The translations under genes and the position numbers were made by a program. The notes beneath the pieces are model-generated. The model did no database searches. It was not told the DNA's origin and saw nothing but the letters and a program-made list of their open reading frames with translations. A stretch of DNA of 64,000 nt from Candidatus Multivorans sp. (GTDB taxonomy: Bacteria > Acidobacteriota > Thermoanaerobaculia > Multivoradales > Multivoraceae), in assembly GCA_965247095.1 (NCBI GenBank), contig OZ251997.1, forward strand, positions 1,024,001-1,088,000, given 5' to 3'. This document shows, piece after piece, positions 16,392 to 26,017 of this stretch (the first letter of the stretch is position 1; each line of letters begins with the position of its first letter).

Positions 16392-17639
16392 GTGGGAATC
16401 AAGCGAGGGCAGCGACCGCTCGAAACGGAGGACTCCTGGAGCGTTGACACGGCGCCGGGTCGGGTTGTCTTCGGTGCGGGAGTGATCGACCTCATCGGTG
16501 ACCTCGTCCAAGAACTTGGCGGCGGTCGCGTGTTGGTGGTCACGGACCCGGGTGTAGCCGCGGCGGGTCATGTCCACCGCGCATCCGCTTCGTTGCGGCG
16601 CGCCGGTCTGGAAGTCGCCGTCTTCTACGGTGTCGAAGAGAATCCCGATGAGCGCCACGTCGCCGCCGCGGCCGGTGCTGCGCGGGCCCACCAGGCCACG
16701 TTCCTGGTCGGCCTGGGGGGCGGTTCGGCGATGGACTGCGCCAAGGGCGCGAACTTCGTCTTGACGAACGGCGGCCGGATGGAGGACTACTGGGGCTTCG
16801 GAAAGGCCACCAGACCGATGCTCCCCTCAATCGGCGTGCCGTGCACTGCGGGCACCGGCAGTGAGGCGCAGTCGTTTGCCGTCATCTCGCGCGAGGACGA
16901 CCATCGCAAGATGGCCTGCGGCGACCCGAAGGCCCGGTTCTTGACGACGATCCTTGATCCGGAATTGGCGCGCACCGCTCCTCCCCAGGTCATGGCCGCT
17001 GCGGGGCTCGACGCGTTTTCCCATGCCATGGAGAGTTTCGTTGCCACCGCCGCGAATCCGTACTCCCAGATGTTCTCCTCGGAGGGTTTCCGGCGTCTGC
17101 TGCGCGGATTCGAGGTCGTCGCCGCGGCCCAGGGCGCCAACCCAAGGGCGGCGGATTCGAAGTCGACCGGGACGGATTCAAGATTGGACGCGGAGATCAA
17201 CGATCTGTGGGGCGAGATGCTGCTCGGCGCACACCTGGCCGGCGCCGCGATCGAAGCGTCGATGCTGGGCGCGGCCCACGGCCTGGCGAATCCGCTGACG
17301 GCGCGCTACGGCATCACCCACGGCGTCGCCGTGGCCGTCGTGCTGGATCACGTCGTCCGCTTCAACGGCGAGACCGGCGACACGGGCTACACGGGGCTCC
17401 TTCGGTTTCTCGACGGGCAGGAGGACGAAGCCGATGGACCCGCGAGCGCGCGGCTTGCCGATTCCTGGGCCGGCCTCCGGGGCCGCGCGGGCGTAGCCGG
17501 CCGGCTGCGGGACCTGGGTGTCAGCGAAGGTGATCTCGAACTCCTGGCATCGCAGGCGTCGAAGCAGTGGACGGCGCAGTTCAATCCGCGCGCGGTCACC
17601 GCCTCCGATATGCTGAACCTCTACCAGGCGGCATTCTGA
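16392..17639 (+). CDS. Iron-containing alcohol dehydrogenase family protein
   Basis: GGGSAMD and TAGTGSE motifs. Metal ligands in DAFSHAMES, AAHGLA and THG. Confidence 0.92.
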   Translation: MGIKRGQRPLETEDSWSVDTAPGRVVFGAGVIDLIGDLVQELGGGRVLVVTDPGVAAAGHVHRASASLRRAGLEVAVFYGVEENPDERHVAAAAGAARAHQATFLVGLGGGSAMDCAKGANFVLTNGGRMEDYWGFGKATRPMLPSIGVPCTAGTGSEAQSFAVISREDDHRKMACGDPKARFLTTILDPELARTAPPQVMAAAGLDAFSHAMESFVATAANPYSQMFSSEGFRRLLRGFEVVAAAQGANPRAADSKSTGTDSRLDAEINDLWGEMLLGAHLAGAAIEASMLGAAHGLANPLTARYGITHGVAVAVVLDHVVRFNGETGDTGYTGLLRFLDGQEDEADGPASARLADSWAGLRGRAGVAGRLRDLGVSEGDLELLASQASKQWTAQFNPRAVTASDMLNLYQAAF

Positions 17640-17772
17640 GGCCTGCGGCATCGCATTGGTCCAAAGCTCAAAGCCCCCGGTCCTCGCACCTGCCATGTTA
17701 GAAATCGTCCACCTTCGAGGTCGCCGGCAGCGCACACCGGGCGCGCCCGTGTCTGCGCGCCTGGGCGGGAAC

Positions 17773-18921
17773 TTGATTCTGGCCACGATGTTGTTGCTCG
17801 GCGGGCTGGCTGCTATAGGAGTTGGTGCGGCCGCCGACGGGGAGGACCAGGAACCCGCGACGCCGAACGGGCTGCTCAGGCCCGCCGCCGATGCCTGGCC
17901 GGTGTTTCGCGGCAACCTGCTGGGCACGGGTGTGGCGGGAACGACGCTGCCGGAGCAGCCGAAGCTGCTCTGGACCTTCGATACCGAGAGCGAGATCGAG
18001 AGTACGGCCGCGATCACGGGAGGCGTCGTCTTCTTCGGCGACTACGAGGGCCGCGTCTATGCCGTGACCCTCGCCGAGGGAAAGGAACTCTGGCGCTTCG
18101 ACGCGGAAACGCCGATCAAGGCCCCCCTCTCGGTCTTCGACGGCGTCGTCTACATCGGTGACGAGTACGGCCTCATTCACGCACTGGACGCCGAGACCGG
18201 TGAAGAGAACTGGCAGTTCGAGACGCTGGGCGAGATCTACGCCGGCGTGTCTCTGCACGGCGACCGTCTCCTCGTCGGCTCCTACGACAACTCCCTCTAC
18301 TGCCTGGACCGGGACAGCGGCGAGAAGCTGTGGCAGGTGGAGACGGAAGGCTACGTCCACGGCACGCCGGCGGTCGCCGGCGGGCTGACCACGGTCTCCG
18401 GTTGCGACGGCTTCATGTGGCTGATCGACATCGAGACCGGCGAGACGGTCCACAAGATCGACCTCCGAGGGCAGGCCGCCTCGAGCCCGGCGGTGGTCGA
18501 TGGACTTGCCTATGTCGGGACGTTCGAGAACGAAGTCCTGGGGATCGACCTGGAACGCCGGCAGGTCGTGTGGGGCTATGAGCACGAGGTCCGCAAGTTC
18601 CCGTACTACGGGTCGGCCGCCGCGGACGGCGAGATCGTGGTGATCGGCGGCCGCGACAAGATCGTGCATGCCCTGGACCCCGCGACCGGCGAGCGGAAGT
18701 GGCAGTGGAACAGCGGCGCGCGGCTCGACTCGTCGCCGGTGATCGTGGGCGACCGGGTGTTCCTGGGCTCGAAGCGCGGCCTGTTGCACGCGCTCGACAA
18801 GGCGACCGGGGCGCCGGTCTGGGAGTACGACACCGGTTCGGCGATCGTCGCCTCGCCGGCGGTGGCCTCGGGGCGCCTCGTGATCGGCGGCCTGGACGGC
18901 ATCCTGTACTGCTTCGGGTGA
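17773..18921 (+). CDS. Secreted PQQ-like beta-propeller repeat protein (start uncertain)
   Basis: Hydrophobic signal-like segment, WPVFRGN..GTG and about eight ALD..TG...W repeats. Confidence 0.85.
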   Translation: MILATMLLLGGLAAIGVGAAADGEDQEPATPNGLLRPAADAWPVFRGNLLGTGVAGTTLPEQPKLLWTFDTESEIESTAAITGGVVFFGDYEGRVYAVTLAEGKELWRFDAETPIKAPLSVFDGVVYIGDEYGLIHALDAETGEENWQFETLGEIYAGVSLHGDRLLVGSYDNSLYCLDRDSGEKLWQVETEGYVHGTPAVAGGLTTVSGCDGFMWLIDIETGETVHKIDLRGQAASSPAVVDGLAYVGTFENEVLGIDLERRQVVWGYEHEVRKFPYYGSAAADGEIVVIGGRDKIVHALDPATGERKWQWNSGARLDSSPVIVGDRVFLGSKRGLLHALDKATGAPVWEYDTGSAIVASPAVASGRLVIGGLDGILYCFG

Positions 18922-18930
18922 GGGGTAGAG

Positions 18931-19524
18931 GTGGCTCAAGCAGGCAATCGTCGGGCAAAGAAGAGAGCGACTAAGTCGCTGACAACCGGCGGTTTGCCGA
19001 CCCTGGCAGAGTTCGCCAACACCCGGACTATCGACCCGTGGCAGCTAACGGATCCCGACCTCTCCTATCGCGCCTCCTTAGCAGGTGTGACTAGGAGTGC
19101 GAGTTCTATCGACTTCCACTTCGCTCTGGCCTTGCCGATGGGCCGCATCATCAATGCCGTGTCGGTGAGACTGCCAAGGACGTATGAAGCTGACTTCGTG
19201 CAGTCGCTGGATGCGATCCGGGAGAGGCTAGCGCAGGCTTCCGAGCGAGGGACTCTGGAGACCCTGGAGCCCCTGGACTTAGGGCTGTTGAATGATCTCG
19301 ACGCCGACAGCTACACATGTAAGGCAGCGGACTTCTGTAGGGCTACAACGAACGACCACACAACAGTACTTGACTTCTTCTGGCTTCCGCCCGTACCCGA
19401 GGCTAGGATTCAGGCTCGACCTCAGGATAAGCTGAGGGTAGATAGTGTCTTGAGGGTGGTTCTGGACGCTTCCACCTTCAAGTGTTTGGTCGACGAACTA
19501 CAGGGCTCGGACGAGGACCAGTGA
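18931..19524 (+). CDS. Hypothetical protein with two DUF3467-like half-domains (putative chaperone)
   Basis: Two similar modules: YRASLAGVTRSASSIDFHF...VSVRLP..YEADFVQSL and KAADFCRATTNDHTTVLDFF...VLRVVLDASTFKCLVDEL. Atypical codon usage. Confidence 0.5.
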   Translation: MAQAGNRRAKKRATKSLTTGGLPTLAEFANTRTIDPWQLTDPDLSYRASLAGVTRSASSIDFHFALALPMGRIINAVSVRLPRTYEADFVQSLDAIRERLAQASERGTLETLEPLDLGLLNDLDADSYTCKAADFCRATTNDHTTVLDFFWLPPVPEARIQARPQDKLRVDSVLRVVLDASTFKCLVDELQGSDEDQ

Positions 19525-20060
19525 TGTACGATGGACCGCTGCGTGAACCTAGTTTCGTGGAACGTGAAGCGGCTGTGGGTTCGCCGAAACAAGCAACCCG
19601 AAGTCGCTCACGAGTTCCGCTAGTAGTAGCGAGTACGGTGGCTATCGCCTTGATTGCTGTAGATGCGTGGCGGGGAACCTCCACTGGGGCTGTGCGAGTT
19701 TCCGGCCAGACGGTTGGTTCGGTGAGTCCAGCGGTTGGTCAGTGGCTGCGGCATGTTGAGCAGATCAGCCGAGCGTCGGGCGACGTAGTGGCTGAGGGCC
19801 TTAGGATTCTCGGGCGGGACACTGTTGTTGCTCTCGGGAGCCCTCCCCAAGGCGCGTTGACCGAAGAGGGTTCGTATCAGCTTGTCTGGGATCACGGCCG
19901 GCACCACCTTCTCGCTGAGATTCTCCCTAGTGGCCGCTACGACTGGTTCTACCGTGACCGCGAGACCGGTCGGCTAGCGGGTGAAGAGGGGCTGCCCTTT
20001 ACTGAGACTGCGAAGCTACGCCGCCGCTTGGAGCGCAACATGCGCTCTACGGAGGCCTAG
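19524..20060 (+). CDS. Hypothetical protein (putative antitoxin of the three-gene cassette)
   Basis: TGATG overlap with the previous gene. C-terminal PPQGALTEEGSYQLVW..G..HLLAEILPSG.Y beta-sheet module. Confidence 0.5.
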   Translation: MYDGPLREPSFVEREAAVGSPKQATRSRSRVPLVVASTVAIALIAVDAWRGTSTGAVRVSGQTVGSVSPAVGQWLRHVEQISRASGDVVAEGLRILGRDTVVALGSPPQGALTEEGSYQLVWDHGRHHLLAEILPSGRYDWFYRDRETGRLAGEEGLPFTETAKLRRRLERNMRSTEA

Positions 20061-20067
20061 CTGGGGT

Positions 20068-20532
20068 TTGGCCGGTGATGGCGAGTTGGCGGAGGGTCAG
20101 GTACTCCGCCTCGGCGGGGTCATGCGTCGGTTCTCAGTCGGCGGCACTAGGTCTATGCCGGCCGACTTTCGCCTGAGTTCCGCCGACAAGAACGTCGCTG
20201 GGGGAAATGAAGCCTCGCTTACGGTTTGGGATCGCGAGCGGACAACCCCGAAGCAGGCTAGGGCCTTGGTGAGCGAAGGTTCACTCCGTCCTGTCTATGG
20301 ACTGGAAGTTAGCCGCGTTCGACAGCTGAGCTACCCGGGTGGCCCACGACTACGGATCGTGCGCGAGTTGGAGTCGGTGGCTGACATTCTCGGTTTGCCT
20401 GGAACCGACGGTCACTGCGGTATCGTCGGGTTGCGGCGTCCGAGCGGCGTCCCCAAGAGGCAGGCACGGGCCTTGGAGAGTCAACTCGCAGACTTGGCGG
20501 ATCTAGTATCCGCGAGACTTGAGAACGGTTGA
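20068..20532 (+). CDS. Hypothetical protein, putative ADP-ribosyltransferase/RES-like-fold toxin
   Basis: Pattern VLRL...FRLSSAD...SLTVW...LEVSRVR...LRIV...GHCGIVG. The start was chosen as TTG 20068, after the previous stop. Confidence 0.45.
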   Translation: MAGDGELAEGQVLRLGGVMRRFSVGGTRSMPADFRLSSADKNVAGGNEASLTVWDRERTTPKQARALVSEGSLRPVYGLEVSRVRQLSYPGGPRLRIVRELESVADILGLPGTDGHCGIVGLRRPSGVPKRQARALESQLADLADLVSARLENG

Positions 20533-20535
20533 ACT

Positions 20536-21891
20536 ATGGTTGATCAGGGGCTAGAGGTAACTAGGCCTGAGCCGGCGACCGGTCTGCTCGATCTCGAGGC
20601 AACCGACATCGGCTCGGTCTTCGTGTCGAACTACCCGCCGTACTCGGCCTGGGAGGGGGCCGCGGTGGGCGAAGCGGCAGCAGCGCTCGACAGGGCGCCG
20701 GTGCCCGGCACGTCCCTGGGTCTCTACATTCACATCCCGTTCTGCCGCAAGCGCTGCAAGTTCTGCTACTTCCGCGTCTACATCGACAAGAACCACGAGC
20801 AGATCGGGCGCTACCTGGACGCCCTGGGCATTGAGCTGGAGCGCTACGCGGAACGGGCCTCGATCCGGGGCCGGAAGCTCGACTTCGTCTACTTCGGCGG
20901 CGGCACGCCGTCCTACATCGCCGCCAAGCAGTTGATACCGCTGGCGGAGCGGCTGCAGAACATCATGCCCTGGGACGGCGCCGAGGAGGTGGCGTTCGAG
21001 TGCGAGCCCGGCACGCTGACCCAGTCCAAGCTGGAGGCGATCCGGAGCATCGGCGTCACGCGGTTGAGCCTCGGCGTGGAGAACTTCGACGACGGGATCC
21101 TGGAGGAAAACGGCCGGGCCCACGTGTCGAAGGAGATCTATCGGGTGCGCGACTGGATCCGCGCGCAGAACTTCCGGCAGTTGAACGTCGACCTGATCGC
21201 CGGCATGGTCGGAGAGACGTGGGAGAGCTGGAAGCGAACCGTCGAGCTGACGATCGAGTACGACCCGGACTCGATCACGGTCTACCAGATGGAACTCCCC
21301 TTCAATACGGTGTACTCGAAAGCCAAGCTTCGCGGCGAGGCCGACGTGCCCGCATTCGCCGACTGGGCGACGAAGCGGGAGTGGCACGCCTACGCCTTCG
21401 AGCAGTTCGAGCGGGCCGGCTTCGAGCGCTGGAGCGCCTACACGATGATGCGCCGGGACCGCGGCTGCAAGTTCGTCTATGCCCGCGAGGTGTGGAGCGG
21501 CGCCGACATGATCCCGATCGGGGTCTCATCGTTCGGCCACATGGGCGGCGTCCATCTGCAGAACCACGACCGCTGGGACGACTACCTGGCGGCGATCGAC
21601 GACGGCGGTCTGGCTACCCGCAGAGCGCTCGCCGTGACCCCGCGGGAGCGTCTGACCCGAGAGCTCATCCTGCAGTTGAAGCGCGGCTGGGTGGAGAGGT
21701 CCGCGTTCGAGCGGAAGTTCGGCGTGGACGTGGCCGAGAGCTATGCGAGCGCCTTCGGCAGCCTGACCGAGCAGGGGCTGGCCACGGTGGGGCCGGAGCG
21801 GATCGAACTCAGTGAAGGCGGGCTTCTGCGCGTCGACCAGCTCCTGCCGCGGTTCTACGACGAGCAGTACCGCGGCGCCCGCTACACCTGA
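20536..21891 (+). CDS. HemN-like (coproporphyrinogen III oxidase family) radical SAM protein
   Basis: LYIHIPFCRKRCKFCYF (CxxxCxxC), YFGGGTPS, RLSLGVENF and NVDLIAG. Confidence 0.9.
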   Translation: MVDQGLEVTRPEPATGLLDLEATDIGSVFVSNYPPYSAWEGAAVGEAAAALDRAPVPGTSLGLYIHIPFCRKRCKFCYFRVYIDKNHEQIGRYLDALGIELERYAERASIRGRKLDFVYFGGGTPSYIAAKQLIPLAERLQNIMPWDGAEEVAFECEPGTLTQSKLEAIRSIGVTRLSLGVENFDDGILEENGRAHVSKEIYRVRDWIRAQNFRQLNVDLIAGMVGETWESWKRTVELTIEYDPDSITVYQMELPFNTVYSKAKLRGEADVPAFADWATKREWHAYAFEQFERAGFERWSAYTMMRRDRGCKFVYAREVWSGADMIPIGVSSFGHMGGVHLQNHDRWDDYLAAIDDGGLATRRALAVTPRERLTRELILQLKRGWVERSAFERKFGVDVAESYASAFGSLTEQGLATVGPERIELSEGGLLRVDQLLPRFYDEQYRGARYT

Positions 21892-21898
21892 TTGCGGG

Positions 21899-22090
21899 CC
21901 GGCACCTCGTGCCGGATGCGGGCGAAACGCCCGCGTGCCATCCGTGCGCCCGATGACGGGCGCACGGAGTGGTTCGCGTGTGGCGCGGGTCGCGCCACAC
22001 GGGTTCCCAGGGCGGACCGAAGTAGCGACCACGCTCCTACAGTGTTCCCTGCGCGACAGCGCAGCGGACCCCGCTGTGGATACTCCTAGA
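21899..22090. repeat. Array of GC-rich hairpins / REP-like units plus an IS110-end-like motif between convergent genes
   Basis: Perfect stems at 21899-21915, 21918-21934, 21941-21968 and 21977-22001. 22044-22084 nearly equals 34932-34971. Confidence 0.75.
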
Positions 22091-22091
22091 C

Positions 22092-24485
22092 CTAGAAGTC
22101 GATGCCGAACTGGAGGCCGACCTCGGCCGGCGGCGCCCAGACCGCCAGCGACCCGGTGTAGCTCACGAAGAACTGGCTGAGCCTGTACTCCTCGTCGCCG
22201 AGGTTGCGGCCGTAGGCGGCCAGGAACAGGCGGCCCTGGGCCGAGGTCCAGCGCAACTGGGCGTGGAGCAGGCTGTAGGAGGGCTGGACGAAGCGCTCGA
22301 AGGAATCGAAGGCGACATCGTCCGTGTACTGGTATTCGCCGCGTGCGGTCAGCGAACCGCTGCTGCCGAGCTCGAACGTGTAGCTCAGCGACGCGGTGGC
22401 GGAGAGATCGGGCGCCCGAGGCAGTCCGTTGCCGGAAAGGTCGCTGGGCGGAATCGGAAGAGCGCCGCCGCCGCCTAGGAGGACCTGGGAGGGATCGATC
22501 AAACCCGCGGCAAGCAGTTGCTCCACGAACTGCGCCTGGAGCACGGGATCGAGCGACGTGAACTCGACGAACTCGTCGTCGAGGAGTTCGAGCGAGAGAT
22601 CGAAGGCGAACTGCGGGCTCGGCCGCACCGAGAGCTCGAAGTCGAGGCCGCGGATGCGCGCACTGGCCGCGTTCTCGATCACTGAGCGGTCGGGATAGAG
22701 CACCGCCACCTGCAGATCGTCGTAGTCGTAGTGGAACGCGGCCGCGTTGATCCGCACTCTGCGGTCGGCGACGGAGGACTTGATGCCGATCTCGTAACTG
22801 GTCACGGTCTCCTCGTCGAAGGCCGGCTGCAGAGAGACCGAGTTGTAGCCGCCGCTCTTGTAGCCGGCAGTCACCGCGCCGTAGAGCATCACGTTGTCCG
22901 CGGGACGAATCTCCAGACCGAGCTTGGGGGTCAGGGCGCTCCAACTGTCGTTCAGGAGTTGGGTCTGCGGCATGAAGGTCTGGAAGTTGAGCGCGGCCTG
23001 CAGGTGGTCCTTCTCGTGGGTCGTGTAGCGGGCGCCGGTGGTCAGGGTCACGCGGTCGCTGAGGGTCCAGTCGACCTGGCCATAGGCTGCGTACAGGGAG
23101 CTGTCGAGGTTCGTCTCGAAGGGCAGGGCCTGCGGGTTTCCCGGCACGGGCAAGCCGATGAACGGCGCCACGGCGTTGTAGTAGCTCGGCCCGCACAGAA
23201 ACGGCGGCGCCAGGAAGCCGAGAGAACAGAAGTTCGTCGGATTGAACGCGAAGGTCTGCGGACTGTTCGCGAACAGCCAGACGCCGAGCAGCGCCGTGTC
23301 GGTGACAGTGTTGACCTGGGACCGGCTGTCCTCGCTGAAGGCGTACGCTCCGGCCACCCAGTTGGCGCGGTCGTTGGCGCCGTGGAGTTGGAACTCCTGC
23401 GACCACCACTGGGACTCGAAGGTGCCGGAGGTGGTCACGAAGCGGTGAGGCGAACCGTCGATGTCCGCGTCACGCATCGAATCGAACTCGCGCCAACTGC
23501 TGATCGAGGTAAAGCTCGTGCCTCCGCCGATCACCTTGTTGATGTTGAGGGAGAAGCCGCTTTCCTGGTAGGGCGACACGGGTGGGGTGTCGACGGAGAC
23601 GCGGTGGACGTCGTCTGGCTCGAAGTAGCCGTAGAACCGGTTCAGGGTCCCGACCGTGCTGTAAGGGGACACGTCAGCCGGCTTGAAGTGGAAGTTGCTG
23701 TGGGCGTCGTCGTCCGTGCTGTCGCCCCGGATCGTGAAGGTCAGCGAGTCGGAGGGCAGGAAGGTGAGCGTGCCCCGGAGCGAAACGCCGTCGAAGTTGT
23801 CGGTTCCGGCGTTCAGGTAGTCGTTGTAGGTGGCGTCCTCGATCTGGGCAGTGGCGCCGGTGAAGCGTGCCCAGACCTTGCTCGACAACGGGCCGGTGAG
23901 CGACAAACCGTAGCGGCGTCCCTCGGCCGCCTCGCTGGAGTTCAGCTCGGAGAGCGAGGTGAAGAGGCGCCCATGGAACTCGGCCTGCGGGGCGCGGGTG
24001 ACCACGTTCACCGCACCGGCGGTGGAGTTCCGGCCCCAGAGGGTGCCCTGAGGTCCACGCAGAATCTCGATCCGCTCCAGGTCGAGGAACGGGTTGACGG
24101 CGGCTTGGGGCCGCGGCATGTAGACGCCGTCCACGTAGTAGCCGACCGTCGGCTCGGTGCCGAGGCCGAGCGTGCTCGAGCCGATGCCGCGAATGTAGAT
24201 GGCGACTTCGCCGCTGGTCGGGCTCTGCCCCGAGACGACCACTCCGGGCGCGGCTTCGGCCAACGCCTGCACGTCGCCTATCGCCTGCTGCTCGAGTTCC
24301 TCGCCCGAACGGGTCACGATCGAGATCGGCACGTCCTGCACGGCCTCCTCGATGCGCTGCGCGGTGACCGTGATTTCGTTCACGACGGTGGACCCCGGAT
24401 CGCCTGGATCCTGCGCGCTTCCGGCTGCCGCAACCAGCAGCATCAGCAGACAGGAGACAAGGGTGGAGCAGGGCGTCATGCGCAT
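22092..24485 (-). CDS. TonB-dependent outer-membrane receptor
   Basis: Signal peptide, TonB-box-like EITVTAQR, plug motif LERIEILRGPQGTLWGRNSTAGAVNVVT and C-terminal F (GLQFGIDF). Confidence 0.93.
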   Translation of the reverse strand: MRMTPCSTLVSCLLMLLVAAAGSAQDPGDPGSTVVNEITVTAQRIEEAVQDVPISIVTRSGEELEQQAIGDVQALAEAAPGVVVSGQSPTSGEVAIYIRGIGSSTLGLGTEPTVGYYVDGVYMPRPQAAVNPFLDLERIEILRGPQGTLWGRNSTAGAVNVVTRAPQAEFHGRLFTSLSELNSSEAAEGRRYGLSLTGPLSSKVWARFTGATAQIEDATYNDYLNAGTDNFDGVSLRGTLTFLPSDSLTFTIRGDSTDDDAHSNFHFKPADVSPYSTVGTLNRFYGYFEPDDVHRVSVDTPPVSPYQESGFSLNINKVIGGGTSFTSISSWREFDSMRDADIDGSPHRFVTTSGTFESQWWSQEFQLHGANDRANWVAGAYAFSEDSRSQVNTVTDTALLGVWLFANSPQTFAFNPTNFCSLGFLAPPFLCGPSYYNAVAPFIGLPVPGNPQALPFETNLDSSLYAAYGQVDWTLSDRVTLTTGARYTTHEKDHLQAALNFQTFMPQTQLLNDSWSALTPKLGLEIRPADNVMLYGAVTAGYKSGGYNSVSLQPAFDEETVTSYEIGIKSSVADRRVRINAAAFHYDYDDLQVAVLYPDRSVIENAASARIRGLDFELSVRPSPQFAFDLSLELLDDEFVEFTSLDPVLQAQFVEQLLAAGLIDPSQVLLGGGGALPIPPSDLSGNGLPRAPDLSATASLSYTFELGSSGSLTARGEYQYTDDVAFDSFERFVQPSYSLLHAQLRWTSAQGRLFLAAYGRNLGDEEYRLSQFFVSYTGSLAVWAPPAEVGLQFGIDF

Positions 24486-24707
24486 CGGGAGTTACCTCTC
24501 GAGATTCTGAGGGGCGGAGGGCGCAACTGTGCGCCGCCGCCCGTCGAGTGAAGAACGTTCAGGCTACAACAAACCGCACTACGTTCAGAGACCTGAGAAG
24601 GTTGCCTGGGTGGTGGCTCAGACAGCGGTGAGCCGGAAGGGCTTGCAATGAGACCGAGCCGCTACACCCTGTGGTCGTTACCGATTCGTTGCCGTACACT
24701 CCGATCG

Positions 24708-25997
24708 GTGTTCGGAGCAAGTTCCTACGACGTGATCGTGGTCGGCGCCGGTCCGGGAGGCTCCGCGGCGGCCGCGATTGCCGCCCGCGGCGGTTTGCAG
24801 ACCCTGCTGCTGGAGCGTGAGCCGGCGCCGACCTTCAAGATCGGCGAGTCGCTGATGCCGGACACGCACGGCGTGTTCGAGAAGATGGGAGCGCTCGAAC
24901 ACATGCAGCGCAGCCACTTCGTGGAGAAGCACTCGGTCCAGTTCTTCACCAGGACCGGCAAGGCGTCGATGCCGTTCTACTTCGAGAAGGAGCGGCCGGG
25001 GCAGGACAGCGCCCGCACCTGGCAGGTGCGCCGGTCGGAGTTCGATGAACTGCTGATGGAGACGGCAGGGGAGCAGGGGGCGGAGACCCATCGCGGAGTG
25101 AATGTCCGGGATGTTCTGTTCGAGGACGGCCGGGCGGTCGGCGTGCGCGCTACGCCCGCGGGCAACGGCGGTTCGGTGGAGTTGCGCAGCCGGGTGGTGA
25201 TCGACGCCACCGGTCAGAGCGCCATGCTGTCGCGCCGGCTTGACCTCGGTCGGGTCGACTACGGTTTGCGGCACGCTTCGATCTACACCCACTTCCGCGG
25301 CGCGATCCGGGATGAGGGAAGGGACGAGGGCGCCACCCTGATCCTGCACACCGAGACCGGCGAGTGCTGGTTCTGGTACATCCCGCTCGCTGGCGACGTG
25401 GTCAGCGTCGGGGTGGTGGGGCCGATGGAGAGCCTGATCCGCGACCGGGAGGGCAGGCCGCACGAGATCTTCTTCGAGGAGGTCGCCCGCTGCGCCGAGA
25501 TCGCGCGACGCATCGCTCCTGCCCACCAGTGCCGGCCGGTGTCCGTGATGAAGGACTTCTCCTACCGGATCGAGAAGATGGCCGGCGACGGTTGGATCGC
25601 GATCGGCGACGCGTTCTCCTTCATCGACCCCGTGTACTCTTCCGGCGTGTTCCTGGCGCTCAAGTCGGGAGAACTGGCCGCCGAGGCTTCGATGGAGGCG
25701 ATTGCCGCCGGAGACGTATCGGCGGAGAGGCTTGGGGGCTTCCAGCCCCTTCTGATGAGGGGTGTCGAAGCGGTACGGCAGTTGGTCAACGTGTTCTACG
25801 ACCCGAACTTCAGCGTCGGTTCCTTCCTGCGGCTGTATCCCCAACACCAGGGCAAGGTGACCCGCATTCTGATCGGCGACGTGTTCGAGCTGGACTTCAC
25901 GTCGATGTTCGAGGACATGGCCGCATTCGCGGCCGCCGGTGGCGGCAAGGCGGCGCCGGCGGCGGATGAGATGGCTGTGTCCGCACCCGTGCCCTGA
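24708..25997 (+). CDS. FAD-dependent halogenase-like oxidoreductase (tryptophan-halogenase family)
   Basis: GAGPGG, KIGES, WFWYIP (WxWxIP) and GDAFSFIDPVYSSG. Start GTG 24708 lies 7 nt after TACACT. Confidence 0.85.
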   Translation: MFGASSYDVIVVGAGPGGSAAAAIAARGGLQTLLLEREPAPTFKIGESLMPDTHGVFEKMGALEHMQRSHFVEKHSVQFFTRTGKASMPFYFEKERPGQDSARTWQVRRSEFDELLMETAGEQGAETHRGVNVRDVLFEDGRAVGVRATPAGNGGSVELRSRVVIDATGQSAMLSRRLDLGRVDYGLRHASIYTHFRGAIRDEGRDEGATLILHTETGECWFWYIPLAGDVVSVGVVGPMESLIRDREGRPHEIFFEEVARCAEIARRIAPAHQCRPVSVMKDFSYRIEKMAGDGWIAIGDAFSFIDPVYSSGVFLALKSGELAAEASMEAIAAGDVSAERLGGFQPLLMRGVEAVRQLVNVFYDPNFSVGSFLRLYPQHQGKVTRILIGDVFELDFTSMFEDMAAFAAAGGGKAAPAADEMAVSAPVP

Positions 25998-26017
25998 CCC
26001 GGAGGCCGGCGGAGTCC

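Noticed and set aside
13443-18921. Calling the propellers bamB or PQQ alcohol dehydrogenases
   Set aside because: There is no lipobox or der/yfgM context, and no adjacent-cysteine quinoprotein ADH motif. Only the fold is supported.
20536-21891. Calling the radical SAM gene hemN or hemW
   Set aside because: Family motifs are present, but the context is not heme biosynthesis and function cannot be fixed from sequence alone.
21526-24551. Long alternative ORFs (21526..23409 -, 22731..24551 +)
   Set aside because: These are off-frame or antisense shadows of the TonB receptor, typical of high-GC DNA and Arg/Pro/Gly-rich.
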